DNA of 64,000 nucleotides from Nymphaea colorata (Eukaryota): assembly GCF_008831285.2 (NCBI RefSeq), contig NC_045138.2:16244001-16308000 (forward strand), in the 5' to 3' direction. Each line of letters begins with the position of its first letter. Positions within the stretch are counted from its first letter, which is position 1. The notes below the pieces were generated by a model. That model was not told the DNA's origin and ran no database searches. It worked only from the letters and a program-made list of their open reading frames with translations. This document shows, piece after piece, positions 23,258 to 36,122 of this stretch. Both the position numbers and the translations under genes were made by a program.

Positions 23258-25897
23258 ATGTGTGCCCTTCTCTACCCATTTCCCCCTCTTCCTCCTCTGC
23301 CCTCTTTCCGGTCGTCTTTACCCCTACCCTCCTCTTCATCATCTCCGCGGACCAAGCCTTGCGCCACGACGGCCCTCAAGCTCCGGTCTCTTCCTCTGAG
23401 TCAATCCATCACTCGGAGCCTCCCCCACCACCAGCACCATGCGGATTCCGACGACTTTCTGGCCGCTCATTACTGCACTCTGCTGCAGCGCTCCATCGCC
23501 ACCAAAGATATCCGAAGAGGCAAATCCTTGCACGCCGTCGTCCTCAAAACGCTTCTCCACGACCACCAACTTCTCGCCAATAACCTCATCACCCTGTATA
23601 CTAAGCTCGGGTATCTGCCTTACGCCGTCGCCGTCTTTAAGTCAATGGCCTCCCCTAATCTCGTCTCTTGGACGGCCATGGTTTGTGGGTATGCTAATTT
23701 TGGCAAGCCAAAGGCAGCTGTCAACATTTTCTTTCGGATGAGGGACGCTGGAATGGAGCCGAACGAGTTCGGCTTCCTGGGCGTCTTGATCGCTTGTGGG
23801 CGGTTGGTGGCCTTAAGACTTGCATTGCAGATTCATGGTTTGGTGTTAAAGCTGGGGTACATGTCTTCCATCCATGTGTCCAACGCGTTGATGGCGGTGT
23901 ATGTGAAATGTGGGGGATTGGACAGTGCTGACCAAGTGTTCGACGAAATGCCTCGCAGAGATGCTGTGTCCTACAATACTGTGATTTCGAGTTGGGGATG
24001 TGATTTTCAAAGCATGAAAGCGTTCGAGATATTGGGGGAGATGCGGGATAGGGGTTCCCGGCCTGACCAGTATACTCTCTCTAGCGTTATCTCGGCTGCT
24101 GCCCGTGAGTCTGCTATTGAGGAAGGGAAGCAGCTACATGCCTACGCTCTTAGAGCGGGATTCGAAGCGAATGTGGCTGTGAATAATGCCTTGATCAGCT
24201 TCTATACTAAATGTTGTGGCATTGAAGATTTGGAAAATCTATTCAGAATGATGCTTATCCGTGATGTGGTTTCTTGGACAGGGATGATTACTGGCTATGC
24301 CCAGCATGGTTTGATTAAGTTAGCTGCTCGTATGTTTGATGAGATGCCGGAAAGAAATGCTGTTTCTTACAGTGCTCTGCTGGCTGGTTTCGTGCAGAAT
24401 GGAGAAGGTTCGGAAGCTGTTCAGTTGTTTGTAGAAATGCTTGAGAATGGTATAGGTTTGTCAACTTTCACCTTAACGAGTGCTGTGAATGCTTGCTCGT
24501 TAGTATCAGGATGTGCGGAGGGCCAGCAGATCCATGCGTTCGCCTGGAAAACTGGATTCTGGACGGATTCGTACGTTGAAGGGTCATTGATTGATATGTA
24601 TGCAAAGTGCGGACGAATAGAAGATGCAAGGAAGCTATTTGATAATATGCCTGAACCAAATTCGATTGAATGGGCGTCAATAATTTCGGGTTATTCTCGA
24701 AATGGTTTGCCTGATGCTGCTCTTTTCCAATTTTTGAAGACAATGGAGGAGGGTAATATATATGTGGATCGGTATGTGATTTCTGCAATTCTTGGTGCAT
24801 GTGGGGCTTTAGGATTTCAGGAGATGGGGAACCAACTACATGCTTATGCCATCACAAGCGGTTTACTTGCTGATGTTTCAGTTGGTAATTCTGTTCTTAG
24901 CATGTACTCCAAATGTGGTTTTATTGACTTGGCAAAGAGGGTATTTGGTCTCATGCCTGAGCATGATGTCGTGTCATGGAATGCTCTGATCATGGGCTAC
25001 AATCTTCATCGATTAGGTGATATGGCATTGGATGTCTTCACAGAAATGGAAATCTCAGGAGTCAAGCCAGATGGTATTACATTCATCGCTGCACTTTCAG
25101 CTTGCAGATATACCAGCTCCGATGCTGCCAATAGATGCCGAAGATTGTTTGATGTAATGAGTGCTCAGTATGGCATTAAGCCCCATGATGAGCATTATGC
25201 CTGTGTGGTTGATGTATTGGGCCATGCAGGTCGTTTCCAGGAAGCAGAGGAGTTTATCAACCAGATACCAGATAGGCCAGGTGCGCCTGTTTGGCGAACT
25301 TTGCTTGATAGCGCTGGTGTTCATCGCAACCTTAGAATCGGAAAATTAGCTTCACAGCATCTACTTGGAATGCAGCCGCAAAGCCCTGCTACGTATGTAC
25401 TGGTGTCTAATCTTTATTCTGCTTCTGGTAGATGGGATTGTTCCGAAAAGGTTAAAGAGGAGATGAGAAAGAAAGGAATGCGAAAGCATCCTGCTAGAAG
25501 CTGGACGATTATCGGGAACAAGATACATTCTTTTTATGCTAGAGATAGAACACATTTGCAGGCAAAGGATATTTATAGTGGACTAGAGATATTGATCGTC
25601 GAATGCAGAAAGGCTGGCTATGTCCCTGACACGAGCTTTGTTCTTCATGAAGTAGAGGAATATCAGAAGGAGAATTTTCTGTATTATCACAGCTCGAAGC
25701 TGGCCTTGACCTACGGTCTTCTAATGACAAAGCCAGGGAAGCCTGTTCAGGTGGTGAAGAATGTTCATCTTTGTGGCGACTGCCATGAGTTCATGAAGTA
25801 TGTATCCGAGGTGGCACAAAGGGATATATCTATGAGGGACTCGACAGGTTTTCACTATTTCAATGGTGGCAGGTGTTCGTGCAAAGATTGTTGGTGA
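23258..25897 (+). CDS. EMB175: PLS-class PPR-DYW protein, plastid-targeted, EMB175 (At5g03800)/maize PPR103-like
   Basis: Intronless. Ser/Pro-rich transit peptide from ATG 23258 (an in-frame ATG at 23201 is an alternative start), PLS repeats, E domain, and DYW domain ..YHSSKLALTYG..CGDCH..CSCKDCW. Motifs SACRYTSSD and HSFYARD resemble recalled EMB175 orthologues; the symbol is less certain than the PPR-DYW call. Confidence 0.9.
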   Translation: MCALLYPFPPLPPLPSFRSSLPLPSSSSSPRTKPCATTALKLRSLPLSQSITRSLPHHQHHADSDDFLAAHYCTLLQRSIATKDIRRGKSLHAVVLKTLLHDHQLLANNLITLYTKLGYLPYAVAVFKSMASPNLVSWTAMVCGYANFGKPKAAVNIFFRMRDAGMEPNEFGFLGVLIACGRLVALRLALQIHGLVLKLGYMSSIHVSNALMAVYVKCGGLDSADQVFDEMPRRDAVSYNTVISSWGCDFQSMKAFEILGEMRDRGSRPDQYTLSSVISAAARESAIEEGKQLHAYALRAGFEANVAVNNALISFYTKCCGIEDLENLFRMMLIRDVVSWTGMITGYAQHGLIKLAARMFDEMPERNAVSYSALLAGFVQNGEGSEAVQLFVEMLENGIGLSTFTLTSAVNACSLVSGCAEGQQIHAFAWKTGFWTDSYVEGSLIDMYAKCGRIEDARKLFDNMPEPNSIEWASIISGYSRNGLPDAALFQFLKTMEEGNIYVDRYVISAILGACGALGFQEMGNQLHAYAITSGLLADVSVGNSVLSMYSKCGFIDLAKRVFGLMPEHDVVSWNALIMGYNLHRLGDMALDVFTEMEISGVKPDGITFIAALSACRYTSSDAANRCRRLFDVMSAQYGIKPHDEHYACVVDVLGHAGRFQEAEEFINQIPDRPGAPVWRTLLDSAGVHRNLRIGKLASQHLLGMQPQSPATYVLVSNLYSASGRWDCSEKVKEEMRKKGMRKHPARSWTIIGNKIHSFYARDRTHLQAKDIYSGLEILIVECRKAGYVPDTSFVLHEVEEYQKENFLYYHSSKLALTYGLLMTKPGKPVQVVKNVHLCGDCHEFMKYVSEVAQRDISMRDSTGFHYFNGGRCSCKDCW

Positions 25898-26822
25898 TGT
25901 CGCGTTCTTGTATATAATCTACCTAAGAAATCTGACATCGACCAAAGTACAGCAAGATGCTTAGACAAGACTCCACACACCCAAGCTAAGTGGGCTGACT
26001 TAAAGCCTCCAAGCTATCTAAGCTCTAAAGCGTGCGTCCTCCCCTTTGACCGAAACAGTCACCTGGCTAAGTGAGCTAGCTAAAAGTCTCCAGGTCATCT
26101 TTTTTTCATCCTTTGGTTTAAAGAATGCAGCAGGAGGCGCATGGAAGGTTGTTACTTGGAAGGGAAATAGAATGATATGGAAAACATGCATATATTGGCA
26201 ACCTGACTATTCAAGAAGAGACGATTATCTTGGTCATGCTCGAAGAAAAGCCGACTGTATGTTTCCCCCCGCCCTACAAGTATCTGAAATGCTGTATATT
26301 CCTTTTCAGCTGAACGTAGGTTGGAACTGCATAGAAATGTGAAAAGCAGTAGTTCCATCGGTTTACGGAATCAAAATTATATTTATTTAACATCTACTGA
26401 GTGCTCCTTGCTGCTTTGAACGTCGTCGATGTTAGGTGAAGATGCTTCTCGCTACCATATTTCAAGCCGATGCAGCGGGATCTTACTGACTGCCGTATGC
26501 TCTCGACGAGTCTTTACGTTTACGTGGTTGCTGAAAGTGGCAGCAAAAAAGAGAGACCGCATGGGAAGAATGATACAAAACGGAGCTCACATGGAAATGT
26601 AAAACATCGAGGTCCGAGGGCAGTGACACACGTTGATGATAAATAGGACAGAAAATCATGGAGGGAAAGTTGTAGAAAAGAAATAACACGCATTCGCGAC
26701 TTGTTAATTGACTCCTAGTCGTACAAGATTGGTAGGCCAACCAAAAAAAAAAAGGACAAATAAGTGCCATTACCAACTCAACAGTACAATTTGAGGCGTG
26801 CAGAAACAAGCAATTAAGCACT

Positions 26823-29800
26823 TCATTTGTTCCTTTCGTAACAGTCCACAAATAACTTGCGAGCTCTCATGACATCTTCAGGAATTTGCTGATATTGAAA
26901 GCATTCATCCATGTCTTTTTCTAGTACCATGATGATCCCCTGAAGCTGAGATAGCTCTAAGGACGGGCCAATAAGCTTGAAAAGCAACAAGAGGAAGAAA
27001 AATAGAAAGGAAACTAGCAAATGACGAAGATAGTTTTGTCCGGAATGACGGACGCAAATAATGAGCTCAGTAGGCTTTCTGGAATCAAGCAAACGAATGT
27101 TGGAGACACAACTGCCAAGAACAGCTCTGCTCATATAACTTGGGTGAAAGACTCAAATTGAAGTCAATAGTTCAACATCCAGGGGGCATCTCTTAAGGTC
27201 AGGATGAACCCAGCTTGCCTATAAAAAAAAGGCACCTGGAGCATAATTGATCTCGACAACAATTCCGTATCTCTATTAAAAGTTAGCCAAGCTTGGGCCA
27301 TTCTACTTTTTTTTTTTTTTCATAACTTCTATTGGTGCAATGTTTTTCATTAGGGACATAAACATATAACAGAGTTCTTACCCATGTCCAAACCTGAGAC
27401 CAACCACATTGTTTTAGTATTTATATCAATCTAGGACACTCAAATCTCTAAGATCATGTAACATAGAATTGATATCATATCACTCTCCGACTGAAAGCAA
27501 TGAATCATATATTGGCCTTGCTAGTGGTAACCAGGGTGAGTATATTGGGAACCAAATGAAAGGATGTCATGGATGGGTAACTTCGTAAGGTGGAATAGGT
27601 GACAACCTGATCCTGTCATACCATACGATTAGGTCAGGGTCAACTATAAATCTGATCTCGCTCAAACAATTTCGTTTTTTGCTTGTGAATTTAATTTTTT
27701 GATTGATTTTGACCAATGCTGTACGACCACTATGGTTCCATTTCTTTACTGGATCTAGCACTGGAATTAAGTCCTCAATTTGGATTCAGCATGACTCGAA
27801 TTCTATCTGACCCATTTGATTCTATTCTCAGCATAGCTCTTGGAAATATGAACATGAGGAGAAAATAAAAAAATATGAGCAACATAAAAGGATACTATTG
27901 CCGTTTTTGCAGTTGAATTCTTCTTTCGGGTCTCTGCATCTTCTAGGTGATTCTCAACTGCTTCTGCAATAAGCACAGACCTTTCTGCCAAAAGAGAGGC
28001 ATATTGTCTTAAACTCGGAGGATTCATCAATTCTGAAACTCTGATCAACAGTCTGGCAAATAAACTCCAGAAAGCACTGGAAGCCTCATAATCATCCGAA
28101 ACAAGTGGCAAAATGTCCAGTAGGCCGTGAAGAAACGCGAAGTCTGCATGGATTAGCATGTTATATTTCTTTTGGGTTTTCATCTAAAAAATGTCTGCAG
28201 CAACCAAAATCATGTCACCTTTCGAAATCTCTTCAGCAAGATTTGGTTCATCTGATATGAGATTAGCAAGTAACACGGTAGCTGTGACGCAAGAACTGCC
28301 AATCTGCATCATAGAGTGTTTAAGAGGCAAGAACACTCAAAACCATCAGTAGATCATTTGTAGTTTGTTTTTATTGAAGTTTAGTATTCATTTTATTAAT
28401 GGATGGGACGCTTTGTGACATAATAATATCCTCCTCTGTCAACGCTAGCACTGAAATCAATGCCTGTCGTGTCAAACCTGATTGATATCACTGGGAAGAA
28501 AATCTCAAAATGTCCAACTATTCTGTTTTTAAAACTTCTACAGTATGCACTAACTCATCCTGGTTATTAGAAAAGATAACAAGATGAATTGTCACATCTA
28601 TTATAAAATTCAAGATACAGAAAGGAAGGCGTATAGTGGAAGCCTAAATATGTCCTGCTTCACAGCTCTTGAAAGGTTTGTTCCTCGTGGCCAGAATAGA
28701 TTCAAAATGGAGGTAAGGGTTGCTTGCCTAGGGGACCATTTGGACCAGAAGATAGTTATAGGCCATGTGCTGGCTAAAAGATAGATTGAGCCTCAAAAGT
28801 TTTCATCTGGAATTTAAGTTTTTAACAGATAGTATATAAAAAAAACAGACTATTTTGCATAATCTATAATCAATTTATTCATTTAAACCAATAATCAGCA
28901 TATGAAGATTTATGCAAGTGAACAAACACATTGCTTTACATGGTACGTACCTCATCCTTATCACAATGCTTCACCACGGCACATGCATACAGAAAAATTT
29001 TCTTGTTTGAGAAAAGGACTGCTGAATACACGTCCATAAGTGAAAGCACTTCACATACTTGAAGAATCATATCAAGAATGTTATCCCTGCAAAAGCAAAA
29101 TTTACCATTTTGCTTTTTCAATTAGCATACATATTTGGCTAGCTTTAAGTTCAACAGTGTGAAGTGAACACCCAGAATTTCTATGAAATTGTTCATCATG
29201 TCAACAGGCAATGCATGTTACAGATCAAGGCTTGTAACAAATGGACTCAACACAAACATCTGACAAACATGACAGACTCATAAAGAGCAGCAGACAGGAC
29301 ATGCATGTAGGCATAAATAATGTGGTACAATCTTGAGCCAAGATGTAATGTACATTTTCCTTACCCCAACACACACACACATGGAAAGAGATAAAAGATA
29401 TTTGTTCATTATTAGCTGTTGATAACTAATGATATCTTGGAAATGTCTTAAACTTCTAGCCTATGATTGACAGTTAATAACTTCAAATACAGAGGTTTTT
29501 CCAAAATGCAGCATTTTGTTTTTGTCTGTGTTTTTCCTCTTTGTGTAATGTATCTACAAGTGTATGGAGGGAGAGGGAGAGAGAGTCTGTAGGTACAGAT
29601 TGTTTGATCTATCCGATCCAATGGTTGGGATGACACTGTTATTATGAAATCTTATATGCTGCTTGCTAATGTGGTACTCCTGAAATAATTACAAAACAAA
29701 CCTCATTAAGTACAATTAATGAAAGCAATCTTTTAATGGAAAGTGGAGTTTTGAACGATTAAGTAACAGAACTATGAGAAAACACCACAAACTAGTTTAT

Positions 29801-31116
29801 TACTGCTTTAAGCCATTTAGTGCATCTGCCACCTCCTGGAGTAAGAACAAGAAAAGAGGCTGAACTATCAAGAAAACATTTGTTAGTAAACCTTTAAGCA
29901 GTGGAGTCGCTGCAGAAATTTTAAGAAAGATAGAAGCAAAACTTGGACTTATACGAATACATGGAAAGTAGAAAAAACTGAAATGTAATTTGTAGGAAAT
30001 CCATTACGCCTTTAACATACCTATCACAGGCATTCCCACTGGCCATCTGCCTAATCTCACTTTCCAAGAGATCAACCAAGAGACTTGGCAAACCTAAATG
30101 CATTAGAGATGGAAGAAGAAGATCTGCAACTGGTTGACTGTCGACCATCGACAAAAGCAACTCAATGCTCTGCACAAGGATGACCATGGTGACATTATTT
30201 TAAAATGCAGCCATCCAATTTGATAAATATCGAAGAGAACAAGGAATAAATACTATCACCATTCTGCACGACACATAGTACAGAACAAATGTCGTAAACT
30301 AAGTTCAGGACCATGGATTCATGTGGTAAACAGCTATTGTGAAAGTTACATAACATATAAACAGTGTGATGTATGGCCATCTTCATTTCATATCCTTCAA
30401 AATGTGAGTTCCTCTTTTCATGGCTCCATTTCCGAAAACAACAAAATCACAGTAAATATGGATAACTATGAGTCTACGATATTCCATAATGTTGAAAAAT
30501 AAGCATCTTTCTACATATATCTGGTAAATTTCAAGTAAATACATCTATACCTATATAGAGTAAATGGACTAAGGAATGACATTAGAAAAAATGTCCATCA
30601 TCCAATGTGTGAGTTTTGATGGACGAGATGAATGGGAGGTGGAAAAAGGTATGGACGTTCAAAGTTGTAGCACTGCCAAACTGCCTATACCTTTTCTCAT
30701 CTTTCACTCATGAGATGGAAGCAGTTTGGGCATGTCACAAATTTGAACACCCATATATTTTCTCGCTTTTCACATTTGACATCTCATTAATCATATCTCA
30801 CATGATGGATGATGAACAGTAACCCATAAAGCCCATTCCTTTCTGTAGCAAATATATTTTATAGTTCACAAAATATGTGAACGTCAGGGATATGTAGACA
30901 TGTAAAGTGGAATATGTGAATTTGATTGAAGGTTCACGATGTGTCACATGTAAAGTTACTATTTCATAAAGGCATATGACAAAATACAAATAATACTTCG
31001 ACTGTCAAAAAAAAAACTTTACGAGTGGCATCTCATAAACCATCAAATGAAGCTGATCAAACCAGTTCAAAGATCAGTCTACATAGTGATAGTTCTCATA
31101 TAGTCATATTTATAGC

Positions 31117-31149
<33 letters not shown>

Positions 31150-32051
31150 CTGTGTGTGTGTGTGTGTGTGTGTGGGATTTTATGTATTTTTTATCTGTCT
31201 TAATGTTTCGTCATTTTTTACCTTTGACCAAGGCTGTAGTAGTCATTGACTACCCTCTCAATAGCCAATGGACATGTCCCAATCGCTGGCTGAGCCAGCC
31301 ATTGTGCATAAATCGAGGGATGAACCACTTATCAACCTCTTGGAGGGCCGTCGTGCATGTGTCAAAAAGCCTTTATCTCTTGGAGGGCCTTGTGTTATGG
31401 CTTGTTGAGTGATACTTGGCATTCACATCTTGCATTACTTCCCATCTCTATCAGGTCATGGTGAAGGGTAATGTTTGCAACAACTGCCAAAGAGTGTGAC
31501 TGTAGAGCCAAAGAAATGTACTTTCAGTTTACATAGTTTTCTACAGATTCCAGATTTGATGCCTGCTTTCAAATGGACCAATTGCTTGCTCAAATTTACC
31601 CCTTTGACGTCAATTATATACCTCAGAATTCAAAATAAATACACTTTTTATTGCATATCTGATGGGAAAAGCCATAGCAATTAGCAAACTTTATAGTGCA
31701 ATACATCCATAAGTTCCATATGATAAAATTTGTGCTGCGAGTACCAGACATAGTTTTAATGAAATTAATAATTCAAGAATTGAAGGTGACGTTTGGAAAG
31801 ATCATAAACCCTTCTGTATCCCCAATTGATGTAGCCTTAGCCCTTAGAAGCTGCAGCTGTTGATTCAAGAATTGAATAAAAACTGAGCATTCTGGTTTCC
31901 TATTGGGTGACAATTACTCCTTATAGGATCCAGAGTCCAGACTACCAAGAATGTAAGAAAAATAAATAGCCACACTGTTCAAATTTTAAATGCCTGGATA
32001 ACCATCCAGGTTTACTGAAGTGACTAATTCCAGCCATATCATACATACGTG

Positions 32052-32111
<60 letters not shown>

Positions 32112-35100
32112 CCCCCAATTGGATTCACTCACAGTTGTTGCCTTGTTGGTGACCCATCATCTGAGCAAGCAGCACCCACACCGGCAGATAAGGGCATGGA
32201 ACCACCAGCATTAGTGGTGATGGTGGTGGTTCTAGAAGAATAGTAAGCATAGGCATCATGCATCATGGCGGAGGCTTTAGAAACAAAGGCATTGGCATCT
32301 GAATCAGCATACCAGTAGCAGTTGACCCAGTGCCAGGCGATTCATATCCACCATCCCCTTGTGTCTTGCATATCGAGATCAGGGCCTACCCACAGGAGAG
32401 GAGGTAACAAAGGCATAGGTTGGATCAATGTGAGACCGTAATATGTTCTAACATGTGTAGCATCCGTTCAAAAGGCAGCTATATATATATATATACTATT
32501 TTTCCAGTAATTCACACATAAGTTGCTGAACTGAGAAAGACAATGGTTACCAAGTATTACTAATTCATACACAAGCTACATGATATTGCTAATAAAATTT
32601 GAACTTGGATGGCCAAAGTTGTGGACATCAAAGTGAAGTCAGAAAGGAGACTCTACCATCCTTGCTTTCCTGTATTTATAGCATTACAGTGTTCATAATG
32701 TAGATAATTTGATGTTGGAGTGTGAAACGTGATGCACATAACTGTAACTAAGGAGAAATATTACAGTTATATCTAGGAATGGGAATGCAACAGCAACAAA
32801 GACAAATAGGCAAAGAATATTTGCAAGAGATTGCATGTATATAATTACCTTCTCAAGTAGCTTCTGGTTAAGTGTGTTACCAGTGACAGATAAAATCTGT
32901 TCCAACACATTTACAGGTTCCAACATTTTCGCCCAACTAATGGCATCACTACTTTGAAGAGCACTAGTAAACAACCTGCATCAAAACCTTTTTCCGTAAG
33001 CATCTAATTTTTTCCCTGCACAATCACTAAATATGAAATCAAAGCAGACTCGAATAAGAGAACCATGAACTCGGAAAATAATTTGCCAAACCACTTGTAT
33101 GACAATCATGAAGCTAATTGTTCAGCATTAAACATAAGAGCACTTTAATAGGAAACTGGAGAATATTTTTCTGTGAACGTATTAAAAAGATCTCATAACA
33201 CAAGGCGGATCTTACAAGAGCCACTGCAAGTTTCTTACCTGAATGCTTCATAAAGGCATGGGGAATCAATTGTGAATAACTGTTCAGTAACTGCATCTGT
33301 TAACCCTTTCTTAGATAGCATAACATTTCTTGGAACTCCATGGCAAGCTAAGTTAGCTAGGATTCCCAAGCAAATTTCCTGCAAAAGTATTCTGGTGAAT
33401 AAATGCATCCCCACCAGCTATATCGAACTTCAAAAATGACCTGGCAATTGCATTTATGCTTATGTTAACGTTTTACTTAACAATGTCCCTTGTTTAATTG
33501 ACAACAAAAGCTGTATGTCAACATGCAACCACAGAAGCCCCTTAAGACCTGAGACAGGTAGGATTCAAATACTTAAAGATAAGGCACTAGAGCATATCAA
33601 TTTCTTATATTATAAATATATAATTTCACTGTATGTGCTGAGAAGCTACTTAACTCAATTTGCTGTAGCCTGCAAACTTAAAACAGGAAACTCAAATAAG
33701 CTAGAAAAGCAAAGAGAGAAAAACTATGTTTCCCTTGAAAAGAATTAGTATGAAGGAAAGAAAGAAAATTTTGCAAGGGATTAAAAAGTAAAATGCAAAA
33801 AAAAAAAAACTCCATTTGGTGCAAATAAAAGCTTACCGTCTTTCTAACTGATGTTGAAACAGAAAGATTTCCCAGAATTACATCCAATAAAAAGTTTTGC
33901 ACCTGTAAAATGCAAAAGGAACCCTAGCATGAAGCAGTAGAATTCAAATTTACAAAAAAAGATAAAAAAAAATTACATTTCTGCGTTTTTTCCATTTTTT
34001 GTAGTCAGGTATATAACACAATATGAGACCTCATACAAGAAAATATCTAATAATATTAAGTTCCGAATTACAGAGACGAATTTTGTTTACGAATTTTATT
34101 TATTCTATAAAGTAAACAGAGTTTCTTCAGATCCAAACTGCAGGATTTCAGCAAATAGAGTAGCAAGTTCTCTGATTTGACAAATTGAAAAAGCCCTTCC
34201 GTAACTTGAAGAGGGGAATTTGATGCTAAGTTTCTGGAGAAGAATACTTGCTGTTTGCCATTGAAGAATCTATACATTCAATGAACTATAATACTCATGT
34301 ATAATGGTTATTAAGAATATAGATTCACCTGGGCCAAAAGTTGACAACCCAAAAAAAATAATTGGGAGAACAGCCTGCAATGATGATGACAAAGGCAATT
34401 CATGATCCTGTGGTTCTACTCCATATGTAGGAAATCATGTCATTCTTGTTTCTAACAGTCATGCATAGCTTCAATATGATGTTTCCATAACTATGTCCTA
34501 AAATGGACTCTATAATATTGTCAAAGGCTAAAGAATAAGTGAACGAAACAGAAACTCTCTAAGAGAAGATAATCAATAACCTATTAGAAGAAGAAAAGAT
34601 GCCAACAGGATTCAGCGTATATGACATTGGCTATATGAGAGATGGACAAACAACAAATAACCAACTGAATCTCTAGAAGCTGCACAGCTTGTATGGACAC
34701 AAATGGATAACTAATTTTTCATTGGAAACAGCCACTCTCAGCTCACTGACAATATTAATTTGCAATTTTGGAAAAAGAATATGAACAGAAATTAGCCAAG
34801 GGATTCAATAAGTAAACCAACATGACAAAATGCTAATACCATGAGTTCTGCATGAGATTTGTCCGTAGATAGATCCCATAACATGCAAGCAGACTCCTCC
34901 CAAAGGTCCCCCTTTGGCCATGCAATCGAATCTCTGGCACAATCAAGGTGCCCTTCATCTTGTTCAAACTCGCTCATAGTAACATCATCTGGAGCACCAT
35001 CTCCTCTACCGGGTCGATAAATTTCATTTTCAATATGTTCATTGCTTGCTGGTTGGAAGGAAAGTTCATTCTTGTGATTGAATGACTCACTTGTGTAATC

Positions 35101-36122
35101 TGAATCACTAAGCCCAGAAACACTAGTTGTATTGCACGTAGGATGTGAATGGGACTCCTCAACAGAATTCTCGACAGTTGATGATCTTTTTGAATTTTCA
35201 TCACACTGGCTTGAACAAGGTAGAAGTTGTCGAATGAGATGAATTATATAACTGGGATCAATGGTACTCGTGCTATCAACTATCTGCAAAGCATAAGAAA
35301 GATTCGCCGACCTTTCATATATCAGAAAGTCAGAAATTACTGCGACTTGATAGGTCACAGCTACCATGGTATAGCTATTGTTTTCTAGGAATGCAATTAA
35401 TTGACAATCTAAAACATGGAATGGCTCATACATTTACAGCGAAAGAAATCATTCAATCATCCAATGCATAAAAACCTCAGTGGTTTGAGCCTTTTAAGCA
35501 AACCAAAATGCGGAAGCTAAGGAAACGCAACGTTAACGGTACGGGTGAAAAAGGGATGAGAAGAACGCAAACGGACATGATCTCCACGGAACAGAAAGCA
35601 AGTGACTTATCCCCTAAATAATACACTACCATCTCAAGAATACTTCAAGCAAGTTACTAATGCAACGTGGTAGTCGACCTTCCCAAGATATTGATACGGG
35701 GAAGCAAAAGGAGCATATTTGAGCAACAGAGCAACACAAATAATGGTCCGATTCTACCCGAAGCATGAGCAAACCTATTAGGAATCAAACATATCGAGGC
35801 CATATTATTCGTGTCAAGTTCTATGCTGCACTACAGTAGTAGAAGGAAGAAGATTGCAGCATTGTGGAGAGGGAATAGTAAAGAAGTTAACATATTCATG
35901 AGAGATACTTCAATTTCAGGCGACAACTCGCTGACCCAACAATTTCAAAGAGACACAAAGTGGTGGAAATTGTTAAATCATGGGCACAACAACGGTAGAT
36001 GACATGAACCAATATATAACCTCTGAAGGAGAGGCATAGGGCAGATGGAAGGGAGTCGATGCCTCTTCTCCACCATCGCCAACATATTCTTCTTCCTCCT
36101 CTTCGCTTTTGGAGGGTGCCAT
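26823..36122 (-). CDS. SAAL1-like ARM-repeat protein, 10 exons, ~539 aa
   Basis: Exons 36122-36021, 35283-34840, 33902-33837, 33378-33239, 32975-32849, 30169-30021, 29086-28951, 28303-28219, 28143-27896, 26945-26823. All introns GT-AG and phase-consistent (1620 nt). Motifs IDPSYIIHLIRQLLP, WEESACMLWDL, EICLGILANLACH. Confidence 0.88.
31121..31173. repeat. Compound (TA)n-(TG)n microsatellite
   Basis: Directly visible, in SAAL1-like intron 5. Confidence 0.95.
32056..32108. repeat. (TA)n microsatellite
   Basis: About 26 dinucleotide units, directly visible. Confidence 0.95.
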
